A DNA stretch of 64,000 nt from an uncultured Methanomicrobiales archaeon (GTDB taxonomy: Archaea; Halobacteriota; Methanomicrobia; Methanomicrobiales; Methanospirillaceae): NCBI GenBank assembly GCA_963758915.1, contig CAVWXH010000009.1, positions 96,001 to 160,000 of the forward strand, read 5' to 3'. The notes beneath the pieces were generated by a model, which was not told where the DNA came from, searched no databases, and was given only the letters and a program-made list of their open reading frames with translations. Made by a program: the position numbers and the translations under genes. Below are positions 9,243 through 18,658 of this stretch, one piece after another. Every line of letters starts with the position of its first letter. Position 1 is the stretch's first letter.

Positions 9243-10907
9243 TTAATGTGTTTTTCGCCTGAAAAGGAATACAGCAACGCAGCATATACCGAGCGCTGAC
9301 AGCACACTAAGCGGGTTTAAAGGTTGTGTTGGCACCGGCGCAACGGGTGAGAGCGCAGCATTAATCTGGACCGACTGTCCCGGGCTTATCTTTCCTGATG
9401 TAGTATATGGCGTATACCCTTCCATTTTTATGGTAACCGTATAGCTCTGTGTCGAATCTATCGGGAAATTCTGTAGGTTCAGTGGGGTGACACCCTTGTA
9501 GATGTTGTTGATATAAACATCCGCGCCTCCTGGTGTGGACATTATCTCGGCACTTGCTGTTCCGGCGGGTTGAGTCCCTGAGGCCTGAAGGGTCGCAGCA
9601 ACCTGTGCGGTCTGCCCCGCGACAATTTTGACCGTGGTCGTGTAGTCCTGGTAGCCGCTCTTCTTCAGGAGAACCGTGTAAGTAGCGGCCGTAAGATCGG
9701 TGATATCGAGCGGACCCGAGGTAGACGTAACCCCCTGGTAGTTACCATTGAGATAGACGGTTGCACCTGACGGTGATGAAGTCACAAGGAGATCGCCGGT
9801 GCTGGGGTTCTGCAGCGGTACAAGGGTAACGCTTGCATAGGTCGTCTGTCCCGCGTAGACACTATAGGTATTAGTGAAAGTCTGGTACCCTGCCATTTTG
9901 AGTTGAACCGTATGTGTGCCTACTACAAGACCACCGACAATCTGGTTCGTTTCACCTTTGTAAATGTTATCAACATACAGTCCTGCCCCTACCGGGATTG
10001 AGCTTACCGAAATGCTACCGGTTTGCGTAACCGGGACAAGATTTGCATATACATTGGTGGTCCCACCGCTGACCACCTGAACATTATTGTTCGAGTATAC
10101 CTGGTACCCTGGCATTGAGACCTGTACGTTATGCCATCCAGTGGCAACATTGTAGAATGTTCCCGATGTAACGAGTGAGTCCTGCCCGTTATCAAGGACT
10201 GCAGTGGCCCCGGAAGGGGATGATGAAACATAGATATTTCCGATCTGCTGGACCGGTGTTAATTGTGCATAAATGTTTACAGTCTGTCCGGCAGCAGGAT
10301 TACCTGCAACTGACTGGGTCCATGTCTGGTACCCGGTCGCCGAGACGACGATGGTGTGACCCGGCGTACCGGTTGTACTCACATCAACGGTCACCGGGGT
10401 TGTCCCGACATACTTACCATCAAATGTTACAGACCCGGCCGGACTCGACTGGATGCTGTAATATCCCTTTTCGCCTCCTGGCGGGGGAGTAGCCGGAAGA
10501 GTCACCGGTATAGGAATCAGTTGTGCATTTACTGACACAGTTCCCCCTGCTGGGGGATTACCAGAGTAATACTTCGACCAGATCTGGTACCCTTCCTTAG
10601 AAACCGTTATTGTATGCCCGGGTGTACCGGTCACATATACCGTTGCAGTTGTTGGCGTTGATCCGACATTTGTCCCGTCAACTGATGCCATCGCCCCGGA
10701 AGGAGATGACGAGATCGCGTAATAACCTTCCTGGCCCCCAATGGGGTTCGATATAGAGGGAGTATCCGATGCCGTTACAGGATATGTCGAAATAGATGGA
10801 TATGTCGTTATCGGATACGTCGTAACATCTGCCGCTGACACAGATGAAACCGTTGCCAGTGCCACGACTAACACAAGCATGATCATGATCAGGTTTTTTG
10901 TTTTCAT
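9243..10907 (-). CDS. multi-PEGA-domain cell-surface protein with C-terminal TM/basic sorting tail
   Basis: Signal peptide, about six S-S-P-x-GA..G-TP repeats, C-terminal PLNPL-TM-RRK. Confidence 0.85.
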   Translation of the reverse strand: MKTKNLIMIMLVLVVALATVSSVSAADVTTYPITTYPSISTYPVTASDTPSISNPIGGQEGYYAISSSPSGAMASVDGTNVGSTPTTATVYVTGTPGHTITVSKEGYQIWSKYYSGNPPAGGTVSVNAQLIPIPVTLPATPPPGGEKGYYSIQSSPAGSVTFDGKYVGTTPVTVDVSTTGTPGHTIVVSATGYQTWTQSVAGNPAAGQTVNIYAQLTPVQQIGNIYVSSSPSGATAVLDNGQDSLVTSGTFYNVATGWHNVQVSMPGYQVYSNNNVQVVSGGTTNVYANLVPVTQTGSISVSSIPVGAGLYVDNIYKGETNQIVGGLVVGTHTVQLKMAGYQTFTNTYSVYAGQTTYASVTLVPLQNPSTGDLLVTSSPSGATVYLNGNYQGVTSTSGPLDITDLTAATYTVLLKKSGYQDYTTTVKIVAGQTAQVAATLQASGTQPAGTASAEIMSTPGGADVYINNIYKGVTPLNLQNFPIDSTQSYTVTIKMEGYTPYTTSGKISPGQSVQINAALSPVAPVPTQPLNPLSVLSALGICCVAVFLFRRKTH

Positions 10908-11256
10908 TTTAGTCCTCTGTATAGTGTTTTTAGTCTTTTCCTAGGGTTATATAGTAATCGATTGTATATGACTTTCTTTCCTTGAGGGATAGAAATACCC
11001 GGGGAATAAAAACAACGGGTCTTGGTTTTTATAATAAAAAGCTATCAATTCCTTAATTACGGAATTCTATGCCCTGATACAATCGGATAGAGGATCCACA
11101 GGCCTGTTGCGCCACAATGGATTATTTTTTAAGCCTCTGTGCTAGTGAACAGAAAGTATATACTTACCGGAATTGAAAATAAGACAATAATTTCAGTGTT
11201 TAAGCACCAGGACCGGTTAAACCGGCTGGTACCAGACCTCTGATCAGGAGTATTTA

Positions 11257-11808
11257 ATGGATTACGCCATACCCCTCATCATCCTCGTGGCGAGGATTGT
11301 CGAGACCAGCCTTGACACCATCCGTACGGTCTATATCAGTAAAGGTCATTCAAACCTTGCTGCAAATATCGGTGTTGTAAAAATCGGTATATGGCTCCTC
11401 TCGACCGGGCTGGTACTTTCAAACCTGAATGATTACTGGAGCATTTTTGCATATATTGCAGGATATGGTATTGGGACCCTTCTCGGAACGGAAATTGAAA
11501 AGATCATATCGATAGGGTCTGTAATCGTCCGCCTTATCACGCGTGATGACCCCTCGGACATGATTGATCGGCTCTCAAAAAAGGGATATGGCCTTACAAG
11601 GCTTGAAGGATCGGGGAGTTTTTCAGATTCAGTTACCGTGATCCTGATGATTGTCCCGCGAAGCGAGCAGTCGGTGCTGGTTTCGATTCTATCGAGGGAA
11701 TATCCTGATGTACTGTACACGATTGAGGATGTCCGGTCCTTAAAAGGCGGGGCTGTAATATTCCACAAGGATACCAAAAGCAGGATACTCGGATTTTTCG
11801 GGTTCTAA
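11257..11808 (+). CDS. UPF0316/DUF2179 (DUF5698) membrane protein
   Basis: ARIVETSLDTIR, AYIAGYGIGT and GYGLT..G.G motifs. Confidence 0.85.
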   Translation: MDYAIPLIILVARIVETSLDTIRTVYISKGHSNLAANIGVVKIGIWLLSTGLVLSNLNDYWSIFAYIAGYGIGTLLGTEIEKIISIGSVIVRLITRDDPSDMIDRLSKKGYGLTRLEGSGSFSDSVTVILMIVPRSEQSVLVSILSREYPDVLYTIEDVRSLKGGAVIFHKDTKSRILGFFGF

Positions 11809-12125
11809 AAAAAGTCCCCAAATGAGATGAACTTCCTTTCATTCCATTACCATTCTCTCGAAGACCTGCAGGGATTACGAATTCCCTGCGCAATTGCTTT
11901 TACAACAGGAAGATACTAACACCCTGCAAACCACGTTGGCAATACAGTAACCGGATACCATCCCCTGGTTTTCATCGGGACTGGTACCGGTAGTAATATC
12001 CCGGGTTACCGCAATCACAACTCCTGCGGAGACATCGGATGCTTTGCCTGAATGTTGAGTATAGAGAAATCAAAAACCCGCAGGGCACGCATCGTCAGTC
12101 GAACCGGGAAACGCACGGAAAATTA

Positions 12126-12386
12126 CGCTGTTGAAAAGCTATAATAGGCACCCAGAATCCTGATTTTTCTGAAATTTATCTACGCTCTCGGGGCTCCGCC
12201 CCGCCGCTGTGGCGCCCCGGTTGAGATAGAGACTACCCCCCCAATACATTGAAATTAATGAGCCTTCGGGAAACCCTGCCCGAAGAATATCTTAATGGGG
12301 GTGGGGCAGGGAGGGGGTGAAACCCCCTCCTGTCTTCGTATTTCCCTCTTAATTTTTTTATATTACTAAAGGGTTTCAACAAAGCC
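12126..12386 (+). mobile_element. modular MITE copy R5 (module A only) with perfect 8-bp TSD
   Basis: Ends CGCTGTTGAAA and GGGTTTCAACAAAGCC. Flanked by GAAAATTA at 12118-12125 and 12387-12394. Confidence 0.9.
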
Positions 12387-12391
12387 GAAAA

Positions 12392-13114
12392 TTATAAAAA
12401 TTCCGTCTTTTCAGCAATGGGGAGGACATCTGGGTTCGAAGACCGGCTGTCCAGGGTATGACCAAGCAGCAGATAATCAAGGTGTTCTCCCGGAGGGATA
12501 GTTTCCATTGATCGGTGTACAAGGTAGACCACAATAAGCAACCCGATAATATCGCCCAGGAAATCAGTTACCGAATCAACCAGGCCAAAATTATAGGTAG
12601 TAATGTAGATCAGGTCAATCAGGTACTCGGAGAACTCCCAGGCGAAGCTGAAAATTAACAGGATTACAACGATCCCGGCAAGGACGTCCCCTTCCTGCGT
12701 CCTGAAAATGCGTATCCTCTTTTTAAAAAAGGGCCTCTTTTTCACGTACTCCAGGTAATCGAGGTACTGGTACATGGTGAACAGGATAAGCCCGAGCGCA
12801 ATCGCTGATACAACATGGGCGAGTTTATCAAAAAACGGCACCTCCCAGTACCACCGCATAATCCCACCTGCTACATGGAGGAACAAGGCAAAAGGTACTG
12901 CCATCTTCAACCCGAATGGCAATGATACCTTATCCCTCAATTCAAAGGCAAACGGGACCAGCGTAAGGAAAATAGCGATCAGGGGCCAGAGGGAACGGGT
13001 CACGTCACCGATGAGTATCGACTGAATGTACAGCCCGATAAATATTAATTCAAAAACAAGGGCAATAACAATCTCTGCATTCCTTGCGTTATACACTGAC
13101 CCGTTTCCATTCAT
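12392..13114 (-). CDS. DUF2238/VanZ-like polytopic membrane protein
   Basis: FLH..G, FDKLAH, WEFSEY and DSVTD motifs. About 6 TM helices. Confidence 0.7.
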   Translation of the reverse strand: MNGNGSVYNARNAEIVIALVFELIFIGLYIQSILIGDVTRSLWPLIAIFLTLVPFAFELRDKVSLPFGLKMAVPFALFLHVAGGIMRWYWEVPFFDKLAHVVSAIALGLILFTMYQYLDYLEYVKKRPFFKKRIRIFRTQEGDVLAGIVVILLIFSFAWEFSEYLIDLIYITTYNFGLVDSVTDFLGDIIGLLIVVYLVHRSMETIPPGEHLDYLLLGHTLDSRSSNPDVLPIAEKTEFL

Positions 13115-13391
13115 TAAAAGCTCATAAATACTGCCAGCTTATCATTAAAAATCGTTTGCACTGGTAGCGGGATTAACACCACCTTCAACCCGGCATCCCG
13201 CACCATTCGGACGGTCTATTATCCGGTTAAACGGGCCCCTGATCGATACAGGACTGCAAATGGGAACCAATATGAATAAGGAACCTTAATTGGGGCAGGC
13301 GGACATATGTGATTATTCAAACGCCAGTCAGTTGCCAGGAATGAGAACTGGTAACTCATCAGTAAGAGTCATTGCAGGGAGTCAGATCTGA

Positions 13392-14480
13392 TTGGGACAT
13401 GTATTACTATCACCGCTCAACTGGGGCCTTGGCCACGCATCCCGCGATGTCCCTGTCATACGTGAATTATTAAGGAACCACCACGAGGTCACGATTGCTG
13501 CCGGCGGAAATGCCCTCCAGCTCTTACGAAGGGAATTTCCCTCCTGTAACTGCATAGATTTTCCTGATTACCCGCTGGCAGACAACAAAGGCAGGTTCTT
13601 TTTTCCCCGGTTCACAGCCCACGTTCCCGCGCTGGTACAGGCACTTGCAGAAGAACGGAGAAATTTATACAAAATTCTGAAAGAGACCCATTACGACCTT
13701 ATTATCAGCGATTCACGCCCCGGCGTCTACTCCGATTCTATCCCGTCCATCCAGATATCCCATCAGGTGCACCAGAGTTTTCCTTTTATTGTCTGGCCGA
13801 TCGAACTTATTGCGCTCTATGTGAATGGCAGGGGCTTTAAAAAATTTGATTCTGTCATTATTCCGGACAACCCCCCGGGCCCGCTCTCTCTTGCAGGAAA
13901 ACTCTCGCGTACTACCGGCAGCGGGACAAAAAAGATTTCATATTACTCCGGAATTCTCGCAAGCGTCCCTAAGGTCAGTTCGAGTACCGAGATCGATTAT
14001 CTCTTCCTCATCTCAGGGATGGAACCGCAGCGGACAGCACTGGAAAAAATTCTGATGCCTCAGGTCAGTGATCTGCCGGGAAAAAAAGTAGTGCTGCTTG
14101 GAAAACCTTCTGATAACCGCGTAGTGAAACCCGATGATGATACAACAGTCTATTCATACGTTTCCTACCAGGAAAAAGCGGAACTGATGTCGGGATCGAA
14201 ATTCATCATCTGCAGGTCAGGGTATACCTCAATGATGGACCTGGCCGAGATCGGGCTTAAGAAAGGCCTTTTCATCCCTACTCCCGGGCAATGGGAGCAG
14301 GAATATCTCTCTTCCTATTACAAGGGAAAAGGCTGGTTTATGTCAAAAAGCCAGGCAGGATTACGCCTTTTACGTGCTGTTGAGAACGCAGGGGGGTATT
14401 CGGGGTTCCCAACAATGGCGCACACAGAAGAGAATGTACGAAAATTGTACCAGGAACATCTCGTCCGGTACCTGGAGTGA
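13392..14480 (+). CDS. glycosyltransferase, GT-B fold (GT28/MJ1255-like)
   Basis: WGLGHASR, CRSGYTSMMDL and PTPGQWEQ motifs. TTG start. Confidence 0.85.
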   Translation: MGHVLLSPLNWGLGHASRDVPVIRELLRNHHEVTIAAGGNALQLLRREFPSCNCIDFPDYPLADNKGRFFFPRFTAHVPALVQALAEERRNLYKILKETHYDLIISDSRPGVYSDSIPSIQISHQVHQSFPFIVWPIELIALYVNGRGFKKFDSVIIPDNPPGPLSLAGKLSRTTGSGTKKISYYSGILASVPKVSSSTEIDYLFLISGMEPQRTALEKILMPQVSDLPGKKVVLLGKPSDNRVVKPDDDTTVYSYVSYQEKAELMSGSKFIICRSGYTSMMDLAEIGLKKGLFIPTPGQWEQEYLSSYYKGKGWFMSKSQAGLRLLRAVENAGGYSGFPTMAHTEENVRKLYQEHLVRYLE

Positions 14481-14557
14481 GATTTTATGACAGAGGCTAT
14501 GACCGTTATGTCCCGGAATTTATTTTCGTCCCCGGCTTCTCTCCCTGGAGGGGATCG

Positions 14558-14797
14558 ATGAAAGTATTTGGGCGACAGGTTGAACCTCTTGTCATCTGGT
14601 GGGCGCTGGGTATTGCAATTGCCTACCTGTTTCTGATCTGGCTCATCGCATGGCTGATCTTTCAGGGAGTCCTCCTCGTGGAAGCATATAATACCGGTAA
14701 TTTCTCTTATATTGACTGGAAACTCTGGCGCTATGCCCTCATGGCAGTGGTTTATTTTGCAATTGGCGGTTTCTTAAAGGCAATCCGTTTTATTTAA
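14558..14797 (+). CDS. small two-TM membrane protein
   Basis: GGAGG upstream of ATG 14558 and two hydrophobic helices. Confidence 0.65.
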   Translation: MKVFGRQVEPLVIWWALGIAIAYLFLIWLIAWLIFQGVLLVEAYNTGNFSYIDWKLWRYALMAVVYFAIGGFLKAIRFI

Positions 14798-14970
14798 CCC
14801 ATTGCCAATCCATTCAGAGGCAAATCACCAGGCTGGATCTGCCTTTCAAACCTCTTATTATTACGATAGTGCACCCTACCATTCCATGAAAGTCTCATGT
14901 TCCGAACAGCAAGTAGGACTCTGCTCATTATCGCATTGATTCGTTATGTCATCTTCACGGGGGATGTTAA

Positions 14971-17031
14971 GTGAGACAGGGGTCAGGCCAGGCACCCGGG
15001 TCCGGAAAAATTCCGCCGGACTCATCTCTTCCACCTGCAGATGGCACGGCCGGACCCGTCCGCGCCCGGTATATCACCGGCGAGATCACAAACCTGGCGG
15101 ATGAGGCGATCAGGGCTGCCAATTCATCACTTTACGAAATTGCGGCAGTACCACCTGAACAGAGGACCATCAGTAACACGCTCATCAGGTTCGAAAAGAC
15201 AATGGGGGATTTCGCGCACAGCACGGCCCCACTTACACTCATGGCATATGTATACCCTGATCGTACGATTGCTGATGAAGGGTCGCTTGCGGAGGAAAAA
15301 GCAGGAACATTTAATGTTGAGGTTTTTACCCGCCGGGACCTGTATGATGCACTCAGGGGGCAGGTGCCTGAAACACCGGAAGAATTGCGGCTCTATACAA
15401 ATACCATAAGGCAATTTGAGCGTAATGGTCTCGCACTTCCTGATGATACGGTATCATTAGTCCGGGACTGGAAATCCAATCTCACCCGCATGGAAACCCG
15501 GTTTAGCAGCAATCTCAATAATGATAACAGCTCGCTTGAATACCGCGCCGATGAACTTGAAGGTGTGCCCGGGGAGGCGCTGGCAACATTAGCGATGACG
15601 AAAAACGGCACCTACCTCGTGACAACAAAGTACCCGGACTATTTTGCAGTCATGAAAAATGCGAACAGGAGCGAGACCCGAAAACGCATGTTGTTCGCGT
15701 TTGTCAACCGGCAGGCAGGCGAGAATACGAAGCTGCTGGAAGACGCGATCATGGTACGGCAGCAGATCGCCCATGAACTTGGTTACAGGACCTGGGCAGA
15801 TTACAAGACGGACGGGCGGATGGCAAAGTCGCAGGAAAATGTCACCGGTTTCCTTGCCGAATTAAAAGAGCCGCTGAAGAACAGGATCAGAACAGAACTT
15901 GCAGGGTTATTGGAGATTAAAAGAACTATTGAACCGGGGGCAACTGATATCAGGCCCTGGGATATCCTCTACCTGCAGGAAGTGCAGAGACGGCAGCAGT
16001 ATGCACTCGATGACGAGATTATCCGCCAGTATTTTCCCCTGGATGTTGTCACTACGGGTATGTTTAACCAGTATTCCGGACTCTTCGGTGTTGATTTCGT
16101 CGAAGTAAAGGAAGCAAAGGTCTGGGCAGAAGGGGTCAGGCTGTACCGGGTGGTAAATCAGTCCAATGGGAAGACACAGGCCTACATATACCTTGACCTG
16201 TTTCCGAGGGAGGGAAAATATGGCCACCTGATGACATCCGGGCTTATCGGGGGAAAATTGGAGAATGGCAGTTATAGTATTCCGGTTACCGCAATCGTCG
16301 GTAACTTCCGTGCCCCGAACAATGGTATCCCCTCACTGCTGAGCCATGATGATGTTGTCGGGCTCTTTCATGAATTTGGCCATACCCTGCATAACAGCCT
16401 TACAACAGCACCATATGCAAGCCTTTCGGGGTACAATGTTGAATGGGACTTTATTGAGACCCCATCACAGGCATTTGAGAACTGGGCCTGGGAGCCAGAG
16501 GTACTGGACTCGCTATCAGGACATTATACAGACCATTCGAAAAAAATCCCGCCTGAACTCCGTACCAGGCTGATCAGGTCGCGGGAGATTGATACCGGGG
16601 TCATATATGGGCGCCAGCTCATGATAGCAACCGAGGACATGGAATTCCATTCGACTGAAGGGCAGGTAGATGTAACGGGCATATCTGAGAGGCTATACCA
16701 GGATATTATGGGGATCCCTCCGATTGAAGGGGGTCATGAACCAGCTACTATCGGGCATTTCATGGGGGGGTATGATGCCGGGTATTACAGTTACCTCTGG
16801 TCTAATGTTTATGCCCTCAATATCTATGAACGATTCAGGAAAGACGGGCTTTCGAACCAGAAAACCGGAAGGGACTACAAGCACTGGATCCTTGAACAGG
16901 GCAACATGCAGGACGGGTCCGTACTCCTCAGGGGATTCCTGGGACATGAACCGGGAATGGAGCCATTTTACAAACGTCTGGGCATTACCAGCGGGATAAA
17001 TACAAGTAATCCCGCTGATTATGAAAAATGA
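14971..17031 (+). CDS. M3 family metallopeptidase (thimet oligopeptidase/oligopeptidase A-like)
   Basis: FHEFGH, DFIETPSQ, GYDAGYYSYLW and DLFPREGK motifs. The true N-terminus is uncertain. Confidence 0.92.
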   Translation: MRQGSGQAPGSGKIPPDSSLPPADGTAGPVRARYITGEITNLADEAIRAANSSLYEIAAVPPEQRTISNTLIRFEKTMGDFAHSTAPLTLMAYVYPDRTIADEGSLAEEKAGTFNVEVFTRRDLYDALRGQVPETPEELRLYTNTIRQFERNGLALPDDTVSLVRDWKSNLTRMETRFSSNLNNDNSSLEYRADELEGVPGEALATLAMTKNGTYLVTTKYPDYFAVMKNANRSETRKRMLFAFVNRQAGENTKLLEDAIMVRQQIAHELGYRTWADYKTDGRMAKSQENVTGFLAELKEPLKNRIRTELAGLLEIKRTIEPGATDIRPWDILYLQEVQRRQQYALDDEIIRQYFPLDVVTTGMFNQYSGLFGVDFVEVKEAKVWAEGVRLYRVVNQSNGKTQAYIYLDLFPREGKYGHLMTSGLIGGKLENGSYSIPVTAIVGNFRAPNNGIPSLLSHDDVVGLFHEFGHTLHNSLTTAPYASLSGYNVEWDFIETPSQAFENWAWEPEVLDSLSGHYTDHSKKIPPELRTRLIRSREIDTGVIYGRQLMIATEDMEFHSTEGQVDVTGISERLYQDIMGIPPIEGGHEPATIGHFMGGYDAGYYSYLWSNVYALNIYERFRKDGLSNQKTGRDYKHWILEQGNMQDGSVLLRGFLGHEPGMEPFYKRLGITSGINTSNPADYEK

Positions 17032-17537
17032 GCGGAACAACCGCTCTTGTTGAAACAGGTTGACCATACTTCAGCCAGGGGCAGGCAGGTGAGATCGCAG
17101 GATCTCAGACACCACCCCCTCACCTGCAGGGGATCGCTATGTTACTTACTCCCCAGTTCATTTCACCATTGAAATCCTGTGCCCGGGTGAATGAGGGGGG
17201 AGGACATCCTCCTCTTCCATGCAGTTACCAGGTAAATGTACACTGCCCGGTCATGCAGAAATAATTCAGCCAGATAAGCGACCCGATAAATATTACACCG
17301 AGAATTATTGTCGGAAAGAGCCAGTCAATGGTCTCAATCGGGAAAAATGGTTGTTGTTCCATAAGTCAATGACTCCGGCGATATAACGTCCCGGTCTCCA
17401 GGCAGGTCCTACAATCATGCATTACACTAATTATATAAATACAAATTGCCATGGTTGAGCGGTACCAAAGGTAACGGGATGTAAATGTCCGAAAACCGGG
17501 TCTGCTGATATCCTGCATATTATATGTTAACAAAAGT

Positions 17538-18329
17538 TCAGACAAGAAGTTTTCCAGATAACACATGGACCGCGTGGCCTTCAAGGATTACGCGATCTCC
17601 AATCAGTTTGACACGGACCGACCCCCCTCGGGCCGAACACTGGAACCCGACCATCTCCCTCTTTTTTAATTTCTCCCCCCAGTAAGGCGCAAGACAGCAA
17701 TGAGCCGAGCCGGTCACCGGGTCTTCCGGAACGCCAACTGACGGCGCAAAGAACCGGGAGACGAAGTCGATGTGCGGGAGGTCGGATACTGCCGTGACAA
17801 TGATGCCCCGGGCCCGGATAGCGGTGAGGGCGTTTATGTCGGGTTCGAGACTACAGACATCATCCGCGAGTGGCAGTTCCACTAAGATATCGAACCGGTT
17901 CCGGCCGGTATACAACGGCTCGACCCCGAGCGCCTGGCCTAGACCGGGTACCGGCATGGATGTGGCAGCCGGCTCTGCCGGGAAGTCCATGCTTATCCAA
18001 TCTTCCTCCTTCCGGATGACCAGTGCACCGGAGAGGGTCTCAAAGGTGATAGGTTTCTCCCGTGAAACACGACCGGTCTCCCATAGCACCGATGCGGCGG
18101 CGAGTGTGGCATGGCCGCACAATTCTACTTCCTTTTCGGGAGTGAACCACCGCAGTTTCCAGTTCTCTCCCTCAGGGAACAGGAACGCGGTCTCGGAATG
18201 CTTCAGCTCAGCCGCCACCTGCTGCATCCATGCCGCTTCGGCCTGACCATCCGGGATACAGACGCCCGCCGTGTTACCACTGAACGCGGAGCTGGTGAAG
18301 GCATCAACGAGGTGCAGTTCTGCTTGCAT
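17538..18329 (-). CDS. PhzF-family isomerase
   Basis: VDAF..GN.AGV, SETAF, LCGHATLA and EDPVTGSAH motifs. Confidence 0.93.
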   Translation of the reverse strand: MQAELHLVDAFTSSAFSGNTAGVCIPDGQAEAAWMQQVAAELKHSETAFLFPEGENWKLRWFTPEKEVELCGHATLAAASVLWETGRVSREKPITFETLSGALVIRKEEDWISMDFPAEPAATSMPVPGLGQALGVEPLYTGRNRFDILVELPLADDVCSLEPDINALTAIRARGIIVTAVSDLPHIDFVSRFFAPSVGVPEDPVTGSAHCCLAPYWGEKLKKREMVGFQCSARGGSVRVKLIGDRVILEGHAVHVLSGKLLV

Positions 18330-18496
18330 AGAGGAGAGATTACATGCCGGTGCGTATAAAAATTCTGGAGGGAAGGTAATCGTCGTTTAAAGAGGATTTC
18401 GTTATGACCGCCGCTTCAAAGCGATGATTAAGGGACAGGAAATACGGTTACAGGGAATATCCTGGCGGTTAAGTCCGGGTGGTTCTCCAGGGCCAC

Positions 18497-18537
18497 TGGC
18501 CTTTCAGATTATTTTGCAGGAGTTTTTTATATCAGCC
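18497..18537 (-). repeat. isolated MITE module D (R9)
   Basis: Reverse complement GGCTGATATAAAAAACTCCTGCAAAATAATCTGAAAGGCCA matches 8548-8588 and 24044-24085. Confidence 0.7.
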
Positions 18538-18658
18538 GATAGTTGAAAAAATCAGATTACGCCGGTTGCGACCCTCCAGCGGATGATACCATTACCGGGT
18601 CCACCGTCAGAAGGGTAAAGCGGGGTTAGAACACCCCATTATTCAGTCCTGGTTTCTT

